64,000 bases of DNA from Methanomassiliicoccaceae archaeon (GCA_963789555.1 CAWBKY010000007.1:101999-165998), one strand, 5' to 3'; counted from the stretch's first letter, positions 39,363-50,305 are shown. Notes: generated by a model not told the origin, from the sequence alone. Translations and numbers: made by a program.

Positions 39363-40103
39363 ATGAAACTCACCTTCCTGGGGACCAACGGGTGGTTCGA
39401 TTCCGATACTGGCAACACCGTATGCGCCATGATAGAGACCAAGGAGCGGTACATCGTGTTGGACGCGGGCATGGGCATCCATCGTCTGGACCAGTACATG
39501 ATGGGATGCAAGCCGGTGGACCTCTTCCTGAGCCACTTCCACCTGGACCACATCGCGGGGCTTCATTGCATCATGAAGTTCGTATTCCTGCCCAAGATGC
39601 GCATCATCGGCCAACCTGGGACCAGGGCCATCTTGGACCGGGTCATGGGGCAGCCGTTCACGGTGGCCTTGGACCAGATGCCCTTCCCCGTGGAGGTGAT
39701 GGAGCTGGAAGAGGGCTGGCACGACATCGGGTACAAGGTGGAATGCCGTCTGCTGGACCACGTCTCACCCTGCTTCGGTTATCGCATCGAGGTGGACGGA
39801 AGGAAGATAGCCTATTGCACCGACACCGGGGAGACGGAGAACATCGTGAGGTTGGCCCAGGATGTGGACCTGCTCATCTCAGAATGCGCCTTCAAGCGGG
39901 GCCAGACCAATCCCAGGTGGCCCCACCTCAACCCTGACCTCGCCATCTCCCTGGCGCGGAAGGCGGGGTGCCAACGCCTGGCGCTGACCCATTTCGACGC
40001 CCAGCGCTACCAGACCCTGGAGGAGAGGAAGGAGATAGAATCGCTCAAGGACGGGTTCCCCGGCCTCATCGTGGCCTACGACCGCCTGCAGGTCGAGCTC
40101 TGA
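39363..40103 (+). CDS. MBL-fold metallo-hydrolase (RNase Z/BN-like)
   Basis: LFLSHFHLDHIAGL (HxHxDH) and a late ALTHF motif, 246 aa. Confidence 0.7.
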   Translation: MKLTFLGTNGWFDSDTGNTVCAMIETKERYIVLDAGMGIHRLDQYMMGCKPVDLFLSHFHLDHIAGLHCIMKFVFLPKMRIIGQPGTRAILDRVMGQPFTVALDQMPFPVEVMELEEGWHDIGYKVECRLLDHVSPCFGYRIEVDGRKIAYCTDTGETENIVRLAQDVDLLISECAFKRGQTNPRWPHLNPDLAISLARKAGCQRLALTHFDAQRYQTLEERKEIESLKDGFPGLIVAYDRLQVEL

Positions 40104-40156
40104 GCCATATCTAGGCTTTATATCTGGGCAGCTGCAATTTCTTCCTGGGAGAGGCA

Positions 40157-41407
40157 ATGAGCGAGCAGAACCCTTACGATAATGCGGTCAAACACGTGGA
40201 CCGGGTGGGCCACATGCTGGGCCTCAACGAGTGCATGATCGAGATCCTCAAGAGGCCCAAGCGCGAGCTGACCGTGAATTTCCCTGTACGCATGGACGAT
40301 GGCCGGGTGAAGAACTATGTGGGCTACCGGGTGCAGCACAACTCGGCGCGCGGGCCTTGCAAGGGAGGGATCCGCTACCATCCCAACGTCAGCTTGGACG
40401 AGATGCGGGCCTTGGCCATGTGGATGACCTGGAAGTGCGCGGTGGTCGGGATACCCTTCGGTGGCTCGAAAGGGGGCGTTATCTGCAACCCCAAGGAGAT
40501 GAGCCGATCCGAGCTGGAACGGTTGACGCGCCGTTTCGCCTCGGAGATACAGATCATCATCGGGCCGAAGGCGGACATACCCGCCCCCGACGTCTACACG
40601 GACGCGCAGACCATGGCCTGGATGATGGACACCTATAGCACCAACGTAGGATACTCCGTACCAGGGGTGGTGACGGGGAAACCCATCGAGATCGGCGGTT
40701 CCCGAGGTCGGGACGAGGCCACCTCCCGAGGCATCATGTATGTGGCCCATCAGGCGGCCCGAAAGCGCGGCCTGGACATCAAGGGGGCCAAGGTGGTGGT
40801 GCAAGGCTTCGGGAACGTGGGATGGAACGCGGCTCGCCTGCTCGCCACCGAGGCTGGCTGTAAGGTCGTGGCGGTGAGCGATTCCAACGGCGGGATCCAT
40901 GACCCGCAAGGTTTGGACCCGGTCCTGGTGATGGAGCACAAGAAGCGCACAGGCTCGGTGGAGGGTTATGGCCGCTCGGAGAGCATCAGCAACGAGGGGC
41001 TTCTGGAGCTGGAGTGCGACATCCTGGTCCCGGCGGCCCTGGAGAGTCAGATAACCAAGGCCAACGTCGAAAGGATCAAGGCCTCCATCGTGGTGGAGGG
41101 GGCCAACGGGCCGACGACCCCCGAGGCCGACGAGGTCCTTTGGCAGAGGGGGGTCATGCTGGTGCCGGACATCCTCGCCAACGCTGGTGGCGTCACCGCC
41201 TCCTACTTCGAGTGGGTGCAGGACCTCCAATACTTCTTCTGGACCACGGAGGAGGTCAAGCAGCGCCTCAAGACGATCATGGACGATTCGTTCGAGAGGG
41301 TGCATACGGCGGCACAGAAGGCGAAGGTGGACATGCGCACCGGCGCCAACATGCTGGCGATAAAAGAGGTGGCCCGCGCCATCGAACTGAGGGGGCTCTT
41401 CCCTTAG
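40157..41407 (+). CDS. gdhA: glutamate dehydrogenase
   Basis: GPCKGGIRYHP, GIPFGGSKGG, VVVQGFGNVGWNAARLL Rossmann motif, 416 aa. Confidence 0.95.
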   Translation: MSEQNPYDNAVKHVDRVGHMLGLNECMIEILKRPKRELTVNFPVRMDDGRVKNYVGYRVQHNSARGPCKGGIRYHPNVSLDEMRALAMWMTWKCAVVGIPFGGSKGGVICNPKEMSRSELERLTRRFASEIQIIIGPKADIPAPDVYTDAQTMAWMMDTYSTNVGYSVPGVVTGKPIEIGGSRGRDEATSRGIMYVAHQAARKRGLDIKGAKVVVQGFGNVGWNAARLLATEAGCKVVAVSDSNGGIHDPQGLDPVLVMEHKKRTGSVEGYGRSESISNEGLLELECDILVPAALESQITKANVERIKASIVVEGANGPTTPEADEVLWQRGVMLVPDILANAGGVTASYFEWVQDLQYFFWTTEEVKQRLKTIMDDSFERVHTAAQKAKVDMRTGANMLAIKEVARAIELRGLFP

Positions 41408-41408
41408 A

Positions 41409-42167
41409 TCATTCCATGACCTGCAGCTCGCTCTCCAGCTGCCTCATCTCGTTCGACTGTAGGCTGGCAGGGTCCACCGGGATGATGAGGACGGCCCGGA
41501 ACATGTAGACGTCGTCCTTGAGCTTCTGCAGCCATTTGAGCACGGTGAGGAAGTCGCTGTTGGTGACAAGGTAGTTGAAACCGTCCAGCAGCACCACCGC
41601 CCCCTTGCCGTTGTTGGCCATGAGGAACCTCTTGATCCCGGTGTACAATGGGCTGGTGTCATTGGGCGCGAAGCAGCGCTCCTTGTCCGCCTCGGGGAGA
41701 TTGTCCAACTTGGTGAGCCAGAAAATATTGCAGCCCTGGGGCACCTTGCGGGCGGTCTGTTCCGGGGGACTGCGACTGACGCAAAGGCCCGGCGCGCCGC
41801 AGTCCATGACCTGCTTGAAGGCCATGTAACCCTTGGTGGCGCCACGTTCCTTGATGACCACGGTCATGGAGGGGGAGACGCCCACCGTCGACTCAGCGCA
41901 CTGGGCCACGTCCTCCTCCATCAGGTCGATCCCAGTGCTCTTCAAGATGGCCTTCTTCTTGGCCCGCACCTTGTCCGGGACATTCCCCCGCTCGCTGCGC
42001 ACCAGGAGCATCAGTTCCGCCACCGAGTAGCCGCGTTTGGTGGCGAGCGATACGACCTCGTCATAGGTCTGTCTCATGCCGTCCTCGTACCCCTTGATGT
42101 AACCTTTGGCGTACGTCTCCTCGTCGGTCATTTTCCCTGTCCCCGTATGGGCCAGGCCCATCATCAA
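41409..42167 (-). CDS. DUF835 domain protein
   Basis: C-terminal part GAPGLCVSRSPPEQ...IFWLTKL...AVVLLDGFNYLVTNSDFLTVLKWLQKLKDDVYMFRAVLIIPVDPASL matches my recollection of the DUF835 pattern. Convergent with gdhA with a 1-nt gap. Confidence 0.6.
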   Translation of the reverse strand: MMMGLAHTGTGKMTDEETYAKGYIKGYEDGMRQTYDEVVSLATKRGYSVAELMLLVRSERGNVPDKVRAKKKAILKSTGIDLMEEDVAQCAESTVGVSPSMTVVIKERGATKGYMAFKQVMDCGAPGLCVSRSPPEQTARKVPQGCNIFWLTKLDNLPEADKERCFAPNDTSPLYTGIKRFLMANNGKGAVVLLDGFNYLVTNSDFLTVLKWLQKLKDDVYMFRAVLIIPVDPASLQSNEMRQLESELQVME

Positions 42168-42231
42168 TCTATTTGCCTGCGGTCTCGGCCCCTTAAAGGT
42201 TATCTAGCTTTGGGCCCATCATGCCGGACAT

Positions 42232-43746
42232 ATGGGCAAACGCTTCCGATTGCGGGGGGTAAAGTCCACCCCCAAGACCCTGGAGAAGGACCTTCTGGAC
42301 AACGCGAGGAGGTTGGCCGAGAATCCCTCCCAGCTCATCCCCAAGCAGGTGGGCGAGGAGTGCCGCCGTTGCAAATGGCCCAAGCTGGAGAAGAAATTGG
42401 CCAAGGTGCAGCGCTTCAAGGACGACCAGGACAAGCTGGTCAAGCTGGCATCGAAGGGCGACCAACTGGTGCGCGCCTATGCCGCCACCATATCCCTGGC
42501 CGCGGCCGGCAAGGTCCCCTACCTATCCTCAGCGCAATTGCCCGTGGGCGAGGTGTCCTATGCGACAAGGGGCGTGGTGGACAAAGAGAAGCTCATCGCC
42601 CTGCAGCACTTCGATGACCCGGACCTGCGCCTATTGGCCTACTGGGAGATGGCCCGGGACAAGGACCTTCACATCTATTCCACCGAGAAGGGACTGTACT
42701 GCTCGGCCACCGGGCCCAACGCCCCGGAAGAGTATGTTAACGAGCTCATGTCCAACCTGGATTACGACCTCAAGGAGGGTTCCTGCCCGCACCCGAACAA
42801 CACTATGCTGGTCATCGGATGGGTCTCCCCCAAGAGACAGGTGAGGGTATGCCGCGAGTGCGCTGGGAAAGGGAACATCATCACGGACCTCTCCGCCCGC
42901 ATCGCCGCGCCGGACCACACTGACGATTTCAACGTCTCCGTCCAGGTGCGCTTCCATTGCAACGAGCCGGACCCTGGCAACTGTCAATCGGAGAAGGACA
43001 TCACGTTGAGCAAGGACCTGACCTCCCGTTATATGAAAGGGGAGCTGAGCGACCAAGAGTTCCTGGTCCAGGCCGTGGAGGAGCACCTGGCCAACCTTAA
43101 GGCGGCCGGGCGGGTGTACGTGGCGGGCCAGGAATGCTTCGGAAAGGACATGGAAGGGTTCTTGGACAACATCAAGGGGAGCGACCTGGAGCGATCGGCC
43201 TTGGCCGGCATAGTGCGCAAGAAGGGACTGGTGGTGGTCTCGGAGAGCAACCAGGCAGGCAAGATCCTGACCGACCTTTGGGACCAGCACAAGACCGACA
43301 TATTGACCCAGGTATCCTGTCCCGAGGTGGCGGCCCAGTTCGCCGAGCGCACTGACCTGACCCCTCCGGCGCTCATCGCGGAGGCCAGCCGCACGGAGCT
43401 GTGCAAGTGCGTGAGCAGCGCATTGCCCTGCTATACCAAGCTGGGAGAGATCGGTAAAATGGCGGATTCCCTGGCCCGGACCTACAAGACCGAGGGCAAG
43501 GAGGCCATGGCCCGCTCGGTGGACAAGGCAAAAAAGTCCAACCATCGGGTCAAGGCCGTATGCTACGCCTTCCTCATGGCCACGGGGGAGAGCTCCAAGT
43601 CATGGCAGTTCAACAAGGAGGAGACCGAGTTCGGGCACTATCTGCTCCCGTTCGCCAAGACCATGCTCAGCGCCACTGGCCAGGAGTATGACGAGGCGTT
43701 GCGGAACCTGCTCACCGCCTCCGGCTCGAACGAGGACGCGGCCTGA
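42232..43746 (+). CDS. uncharacterised 504-aa protein with Cys motifs
   Basis: Long uninterrupted ORF with genome-typical codon bias. Contains CRRC near the N-terminus and CPHP...CRECAG mid-protein. I recognise no family. Confidence 0.55.
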   Translation: MGKRFRLRGVKSTPKTLEKDLLDNARRLAENPSQLIPKQVGEECRRCKWPKLEKKLAKVQRFKDDQDKLVKLASKGDQLVRAYAATISLAAAGKVPYLSSAQLPVGEVSYATRGVVDKEKLIALQHFDDPDLRLLAYWEMARDKDLHIYSTEKGLYCSATGPNAPEEYVNELMSNLDYDLKEGSCPHPNNTMLVIGWVSPKRQVRVCRECAGKGNIITDLSARIAAPDHTDDFNVSVQVRFHCNEPDPGNCQSEKDITLSKDLTSRYMKGELSDQEFLVQAVEEHLANLKAAGRVYVAGQECFGKDMEGFLDNIKGSDLERSALAGIVRKKGLVVVSESNQAGKILTDLWDQHKTDILTQVSCPEVAAQFAERTDLTPPALIAEASRTELCKCVSSALPCYTKLGEIGKMADSLARTYKTEGKEAMARSVDKAKKSNHRVKAVCYAFLMATGESSKSWQFNKEETEFGHYLLPFAKTMLSATGQEYDEALRNLLTASGSNEDAA

Positions 43747-44787
43747 TCACTCCATCAGACGGAAATCGACCACCATATGGGACTTGCATGGCCCATAGGA
43801 TTTCGCCTCGCGCACTAGGAGGACCTCGTACCTTCGTCCATCGCAGGCCTCATCTATGGCCTGGATCAACTTGCCTGGGGTTTCGTCCACCCGGGCAAGG
43901 TCGTGATAGTGCACCACTCCACCGGGCTTTACGATGCGCAATGCCGTGGGCAGATATGGCTCAGTGTCAAAATAGCCCATGACCACCCGGTCCGCGAAAC
44001 TCTCCCCCTCCAGGTCCCGGTTGTCGCCAAGCACTGGTTCCACCACCCCCTCCACCCGGTTCAACGCGATGTTCTCCTTCAGGTAGTGGTAAGCGTCAGG
44101 GTTGATCTCGCAGGCGATCACCTTCGTCGCCCTCGCCCTCACCGCCAAAGGCATGGTGAAGTAACCGATGCCAGCGAACATGTCCACTACCGTCTCTCCC
44201 CGGCAATCGAGGTGGGCCATCCGTTGTTTCTCGTCCACATTGCCGGAGGAGAACATGACCTTCAATGGGTCCAGCTTATAGAGCACCCCACCCTCCCGGT
44301 GCACCGTCTCCGTGTCCGAGCCATAGAGCAGCTCCATCTGTGGCCGGCGCGTCTGACCTTGGACACGGCCGACCTCGTTCAGCACCGCCTTGGCGCCCAG
44401 TTCCTGCGCGTAAGCTCGGGCCAACTCGGTGCGGTAAGGCAGCAGGTCATGGGGCAATCTCAGGACCAGCACGTCCCCCAGCAGCTCCCATTTGCGTGGC
44501 AGCGAGCTTTTCAATCGGTCCGGCACCGCCACAGAGCGTGCGATCTCCCTCCAATGGTCCCGGAAGCAGGAACGGCCTCTCCCGGTCATCTGCACCACCT
44601 CTAACCCCAGACCCAAGGCCATGTCGTCGGTGAGGGCGTCCCGGACCGGTATGAGCACCATGCCCTGGGTCACCTCGATCCTGACCTCCTTAACCACCAG
44701 TCCCTTCCGGTTCAACTGGTAGCGCACCTCCTCCGCCCGGTCCTTGCGGACCTTGACCGCCCTTACCCTTGCGCGATCCGGGTCCAC
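43747..44787 (-). CDS. trm5: tRNA (guanine37-N1)-methyltransferase Trm5/Taw22 family (Met-10+ like)
   Basis: LKVMFSSGNVDEKQRM, SAM-binding VVDMFAGIGYFTMPLA, ACEINPDAYHYLKENIALN. GTG start 4 nt after the upstream gene's stop. Confidence 0.8.
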   Translation of the reverse strand: MDPDRARVRAVKVRKDRAEEVRYQLNRKGLVVKEVRIEVTQGMVLIPVRDALTDDMALGLGLEVVQMTGRGRSCFRDHWREIARSVAVPDRLKSSLPRKWELLGDVLVLRLPHDLLPYRTELARAYAQELGAKAVLNEVGRVQGQTRRPQMELLYGSDTETVHREGGVLYKLDPLKVMFSSGNVDEKQRMAHLDCRGETVVDMFAGIGYFTMPLAVRARATKVIACEINPDAYHYLKENIALNRVEGVVEPVLGDNRDLEGESFADRVVMGYFDTEPYLPTALRIVKPGGVVHYHDLARVDETPGKLIQAIDEACDGRRYEVLLVREAKSYGPCKSHMVVDFRLME

Positions 44788-44791
44788 GGCA

Positions 44792-45963
44792 TCACCCCAA
44801 CAGCAAGGAGCTGAGCACCTGGGGCGAGAAGCGCAGCAGGCCAGGCGCCCGACGCAGCACGGATGGGGCCAGCTCTGTCGGGTGGTCGATGTCGCCAGTG
44901 CTCAGGATCGCCCGCACCTCCTCCTTGTCGAGCAGCCTTCCCACCTCGTTCAGGTCGTCATCGTCGAGCTTGAGGAAGGCCTTGCGCACCCGGTAGCCCC
45001 TCTCGATCTCCCGGCCCAATCCGGAACGCCATTCCCTCTCGTAACGTCTCAGCGACCTCAGGTCCAGCTCCGCGGTGGCGAACGCGGATGATATGGTCTT
45101 CGCCGCCAATCGTGCCCCCTCAAGGCCGGTGAAAAGCCCCCCACCGCTCAACGGTTTCACCTGGCCGGCCGCATCGCCGACCAGAAGCACTCCGTCCTCG
45201 ACGAAGCGTCCTCGGAGGGCCCAAGGGCACGGCCCCGGAATAGATGGCCCTTCTTTTTCTCGTGTCCAGTTTCATTTTGCTCAAGAACGCTTGCAGGTAA
45301 TGGTTCGGGTTCTCGCCCCTGTCCGGAACGCAAAGCCCCACCCGGACGAAGTCCCCGCAGGGTATGGTCCAAGCGAAGAAGCCCGGGGCCGTTCCATGGC
45401 CGAGATGCACGCCGACTGAGCTCGCCTCCTCCCATTCGCCCTCCAGGTCCACCTGGATGCCGCGCAGCAATTCCTTGGGCCCCGGCAGTCCGCACGCCCT
45501 CCCCACATCGGAGCGAAAGCCGTCCGCGCCGACCACAAGCTTGGATCGGCAGGTCAGTTCCAGATGCCCGTGCCCCACCTTCAACCGCGATACCGTTCGT
45601 TCCCCTTTCCAGTCCGGTGAAATGATGGTTGTTTAGATATTCCGCCCCCGCCTTCACCGCCAGGTCCCGGCATCGCTCGTCGAAAAGCCTGCGGTCCACC
45701 ACCACCGCCTTGGTGGCGTCCGCCTTGAGACGGAGCACCCTCCCGTCAGGGAAATGGATGCATGCCCCATCGATCCGGTTGAGCACAGTGCCTTCCGCCC
45801 CGACCGAACGGACCACCCGCTCCGTCACCAGTCCAGCGCACTGGGTGGGCACCCCCGTCTGCTCATGCTCCTCGAATATCAGGGTCCGAAGGGAGCGGGG
45901 CAGGTTCGCGGCGGTCAGGCATCCGGCCGGGCCACCGCCCACAATGGCCACATCGCAATCCAT
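44792..45963 (-). CDS. geranylgeranyl reductase family flavoprotein; two apparent frame breaks (~45588, ~45206)
   Basis: MDCDVAIVGGGPAGCLTA (FAD fold) in ORF 45157..45963. LVVGADGFRSDVG...FFAWTIPCGDFVRVG in ORF 45120..45584. LLVGDAAGQVKPLSGGGL in ORF 44792..45190. Confidence 0.75.
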
Positions 45964-45991
45964 CGGCCCAGGGAGATACGCTCCCGATAAT

Positions 45992-46546
45992 CTAACTTTC
46001 TGACCGGTCCAACGCCCGCAATGCGATGAACAGTGAAATGACGACGATCACTATCAGAACTACCACCAGCAGCAACGGGGCGCTGCCTAGGCTGAACAGC
46101 AGGGAGATCGCTATCAACATCAAAGCCATAAGGAACGCCGCACCCACCCGCAGACCGTGGTCCAGGGCCATGCGCCACATGCCGTCAACCACCTCCCCAT
46201 CCACCTCTGGCCAAACATCCCCCTCCGGCACCAGGTACCGTTTTGTGCGGACCAAGCGAGCTCCCAGCAATGTGCCGAGGATGCAGCTCAGGAAAACCAA
46301 CTGGAGGGCCATCAACCCGAAGCCACCATCTATGGCCAGCACCACCACCGTGAGCACCGTCACCATCCCTGCCCCGAGGAGGAAGAAGCGATGCCGCGAC
46401 CCGATGACCCCGATGCCTGCCAACACGAGGGACCCCGCCAGGGCGACCTGCAGGGCCCACCGGTAACCATCCTCCTCGATGGTCACCATAAGGACGATGC
46501 TGGCAGGCACAAGGAGCATGGCCAAGCTCAGTCCGATCAATGCCAT
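45992..46546 (-). CDS. polytopic membrane protein, unknown function
   Basis: 184 aa, about 5-6 hydrophobic segments. Overlaps the stop of the upstream DUF58 gene by 10 nt, so probably the last gene of the MoxR operon. Confidence 0.5.
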   Translation of the reverse strand: MALIGLSLAMLLVPASIVLMVTIEEDGYRWALQVALAGSLVLAGIGVIGSRHRFFLLGAGMVTVLTVVVLAIDGGFGLMALQLVFLSCILGTLLGARLVRTKRYLVPEGDVWPEVDGEVVDGMWRMALDHGLRVGAAFLMALMLIAISLLFSLGSAPLLLVVVLIVIVVISLFIALRALDRSES

Positions 46547-47824
46547 GGTAGGCTGTCCTTAGGGGTCATCCTGCGTAGGTGCCACCCCCTAACCCTCACT
46601 ACATATCGTGACAATGGCTGCGAGGTATCCCAATCCACCACATGGCAGAAGCGGCGAAGGTCGAAGACCCTGTCCTCCCGGTTCAAACGCCTAAGGCGGA
46701 AATCCAGTTCGTCCGCCAGATCATCACCCTTCGTCGATGAGTCGGGCGAGACCACCACGACCTGGAAGCCCCTCACCGATAGCTCCTTGATGACCTGGAT
46801 GGTCGACTCGTCGTCCAATGGTGTGATGTATAGGATCAAGGACTGAGGGGAGAAGAAGCGTTGCATGGCCAATCTGATGCTTATGCTCGACCGCTCCCCG
46901 GCCGGCCTCACTTCGGTCAAGGTCTCGACGATGCGGTAGAACTGGCGGCGACCGAAGGATGGTTTGATCAATTCAACATGGTCGGATAGGACCATGAGCC
47001 CGACCCGGTCGCGTTGCCGGAGATAGAACTCCGAGAAGCTAGCAGCGGCGCTCACCTCATGGTCCACCAAGTCCATGCTCCTTACCCTTCCGCTCGATTC
47101 CTTCCGAGCGTCGAGCACCACCACCACATCCCCGCTGCGTTCGCTCTCATGCTCATTGACGATCAATGGACCGGAGCGGGCCGAGGCCTTCCAGTTGATG
47201 GTCCGCCATGGGTCTCCGGAGAAATAGTCCCTCAGGCCGAAGAACTCGGAACCGGCACCGAGCATGCGGGAGCGTACGTTCCCAGAATGCTGCCGGACCT
47301 TCGATGGCATCAGGTCGCATCGCCTCAGATCGTAAATGATGGGCATGACCTTCAGGCTGATGACCTTGTCCAGGGTCATCTCTTCCATCCTCAGGTGGAG
47401 AAGGTCCAGACGCCGGACATGCACAGGGCCGATGCGATAGTTGCCCCGGCGGGGAAGGGAGAGACGGTATTTGAGCATCCTCTCCTCACCTGGACGCAAC
47501 CATAGCGAAAAGCTGCCTCTCCCCTCCTCCGCCACTACATCTGAGCGGCAGCGAAACATCGACCAACACTGAACCGTTGAAACCCTGGCTAGCGATCTTG
47601 AGGAAAAGGTCCACTTCGTCCCCTTCCATGAACTTCCCCTCCTCCAGGGGCACCCATTCCACCTCCACCGAACCCTTGGGGCCGATCACTATGGCCCTCT
47701 CCAGGATCAGGAGGAGAAGGAGAGGGAGGAGCAAGCTCAGCAACGCACCGTCGCGCAAGGCCGCCCCGATCATCAGAATGCAGCAGGCCAGTCCAAGCAG
47801 GCCCACGCTTGCCAGGGAGCGCAA
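46537..47824 (-). CDS. DUF58 (vWA-like) protein with N-terminal TM segments; apparent frame break near 47540
   Basis: DYFSGDPWRTINWKASARSGPLIVNEHESERSGDVVVVLDA is the DUF58 signature (ORF 46537..47559). The membrane N-terminus MRSLASVGLLGLACCILMIGA... is in ORF 47486..47824. Confidence 0.75.
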
Positions 47825-47825
47825 C

Positions 47826-48782
47826 TCATCCTACCTTTGGGACCGGGGTCTCTTTCAGGACCGACTCCACCACCTGTTCTGGCCTGACCCCGCGGACCCA
47901 TGGGTCCGCGGCCAGCACCAGACGGTGCGCCAGGGCCGGCACCGCCACGCGCTTCACGTCGTCCGGAATCACGAAGTCCCTTCCAGCCATGGCAGCGTTG
48001 GCTGAGGCCAATTTCATCAAGGCCAGCGAACCGCGGGGACTTGCCCCCACCTCAACCTGGGAATGGGAGCGGGTGGCGCTCACGATCCCCACGATGTAAT
48101 CGTTGACGACATCCTCCATATGGACGGACTCCACCGCCTTCTGCAACTCCAGTACCATCTCCGTCCCGATGACCCGTTGCACGGTCGGCTCCTCCCTGCC
48201 CCGTGCCTTCCTCCTCATCAGGATCAACGACTCCTCCTCCTTGGTCGGATAGCCAACGGCGGTGCGGATGAGGAAACGGTCGATCTGGGCCTCGGGCAGA
48301 GGGTACGTCCCCTCATATTCTATAGGGTTCTGGGTGGCCAAGACCAGGAATGGCTTCGTAAGTCGATGCGTCTCTCCCTCCAGTGTGACCTGGCGCTCCT
48401 GCATCGCCTCCAACAGAGCCGCCTGCGTCTTCGGAGGGGCACGGTTGATCTCATCCGCCAAAAGTACATTGGTGAACACAGGCCCCTTGCGCAGGGCGAA
48501 GCTTGAGTCCCTGCGGTCCATTATGTAGCCTCCAGTGATGTCGGCTGGCAATAGGTCCGGAGTGAACTGCACACGCTTGAACTCGCAACCCAAGGCCTGG
48601 GCGAAGCAGTTGGCCATCATCGTCTTGGCCAGTCCTGGGTAGTCCTCGAAGAGCACGTGACCATCGGCGAGCACGCACAGCATCACCCGTTCCATGACCT
48701 CACGCTTTCCCACGATGGTCTTCCCCACCTCATCGATGACTGCGGCGCAGACCTTGCTGACCTCGCTGATGCTCATGACCAT
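47826..48782 (-). CDS. moxR: MoxR-family AAA+ ATPase
   Basis: GHVLFEDYPGLAKTMMA Walker A variant, FKRVQFTPDLLPADITG, VLLADEINRAPPKTQAALLEAMQE. Confidence 0.9.
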   Translation of the reverse strand: MVMSISEVSKVCAAVIDEVGKTIVGKREVMERVMLCVLADGHVLFEDYPGLAKTMMANCFAQALGCEFKRVQFTPDLLPADITGGYIMDRRDSSFALRKGPVFTNVLLADEINRAPPKTQAALLEAMQERQVTLEGETHRLTKPFLVLATQNPIEYEGTYPLPEAQIDRFLIRTAVGYPTKEEESLILMRRKARGREEPTVQRVIGTEMVLELQKAVESVHMEDVVNDYIVGIVSATRSHSQVEVGASPRGSLALMKLASANAAMAGRDFVIPDDVKRVAVPALAHRLVLAADPWVRGVRPEQVVESVLKETPVPKVG

Positions 48783-49326
48783 TGTTCCACCTTCCTCAAT
48801 AGCTCCTCATAGCGTTCACAAAAACCATCCCCTATGACCACACCCAATCCTCTGGTACTGGGCCAGGTTGACAGTGCCTCTGTCTTCCAACATCGTCAGG
48901 CGGTAGAGGTCGTGGTCGTTGACCAACTCTCTGCAGCACGTTGGGATTGGACAGGACATAGACCCACCTATCCTCGCTCAGGTTCCTGCGCACCCGCACA
49001 CGGTTCATGAGGGCGTGCTTCAGTTCAATGTAAACGTTCAATTGGCTGTATGGCTGTCCTAAGATTGCTAGCTCCATGAACGTCTCCACCTCCTCCGCTC
49101 GGGTCTCGATTTCGTTCGCCTCGCTGATCGCCATCTCATCCTTCCTAGGCATGGCGAGGCGCACCAGCACAAGTAGCAATGCCCCAAGGACCACTAGGAA
49201 CATCAGGTAGCGACCCCAGGGGTCGGACCAGCTATCCGAAACCAACGGGAGGAAGAGGACGATAGCTAGTACGACTAGGGTAATGACCAAAAGCAAGGGC
49301 CCCAAGGTCCTTCCAAGGCCGGCCAA
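48773..49326 (-). CDS. membrane protein of the MoxR operon; two apparent frame breaks near its 3' end (~48920, ~48830)
   Basis: TTG start with GGAGG 5 nt upstream. Two TM helices, then AISEANEIETRAEEVETFMELAI... My stitched C-terminus is ...LVNDHDLYRLTMLEDRGTVNLAQYQRIG... then DGFCERYEELLRKVEQWS, whose TGA overlaps the moxR start region. Confidence 0.45.
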
Positions 49327-49336
49327 TGCGCCCTCC

Positions 49337-50238
49337 TCATCCGTCGATGGGTTCGGCAGCTCCGACAGGGTTCGTCACCTCCGACGCAACTTTCATCCTT
49401 TATCTCGGCCAGGCAACGCAACGCCTTGGCCCTGTCCTCGTCTCCCAGGTCGTGGTGGCTATAACGGGCCACCTCGAAGACCTCTGTCAAGCCTTGAACG
49501 GCCTTTTCGGGCCATCCCAGATCTCTAATGGAAAGCTCGGCGAATTCTCTGGGGGTAAGGGCCTCATGGTCCACTGCGATGGGGATCAATCGGCACATCT
49601 CGAAATAGGCCCGTAATACCGTTTCTCGGAGATCCCCTGTGCCGGAGCCGATGTCCAATATCGCCTGGTCAAGGACCTCGACCTGTTCAAGATGGCCGGA
49701 CGGTGCTTTGTCCATGATGAACGAACCCTGCCCCCTAAGGTAACGAATTAGGGGGATCATGATGATGATCACGAAGGCCAGTATTCCGATGATCGTGAAC
49801 ATGTTATACGTGATGCCACCTCCGTCGCCATCCCCGCCATCACCCGAGGGACTTTCAGTCCCGTCGTTGTTGTTCCCCGTATCGATGTTAAGGTTCCCCC
49901 CGAGCGGTCCGGCGTAAAGTAGCACCAACCCACAGATCGCTATCCCGGCCATCATTATGATAAGGGGCAGGATGGAGCTTGCCACGGTCCTTCTGGCCAG
50001 CCCCCCTCATCCGGGTACGCTTACTGAACACCGTAATGACGATGTAGACGAACAGGACACTAGCCAACACCAGAGCGATCGGCAGGAGGCCATTGACGAT
50101 ATCGTCCACCATTTCCTGGTTGGGACCATTGCTCCCTCCTAGGTCGGTGTCATCCAGGTTCGCCACCAAAATTACGACGGCAAGCACGCTGACCAACATC
50201 AGGACCAATGCCGACCTCTCCAGCTTCCGCCTCTCCAT
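49337..50238 (-). CDS. DUF4129-like membrane protein; two apparent frame breaks (~50000, ~49385)
   Basis: N-terminal TM region in ORF 49888..50238. ORF 49275..49985 carries LRAYFEMCRLIPIAVDHEALTPREFAE...LTEVFEVARYSHHDLGDEDRAKAL, which I recall as DUF4129-like. A shifted frame ends VASEVTNPVGAAEPIDG with a stop at 49337. Confidence 0.5.
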
Positions 50239-50305
50239 GGTCGGACAAAAAAGAGGGCCCTCAAGCTAGATAATCATTGCCTGGGCCGGAGAACGAGACC
50301 GGACC

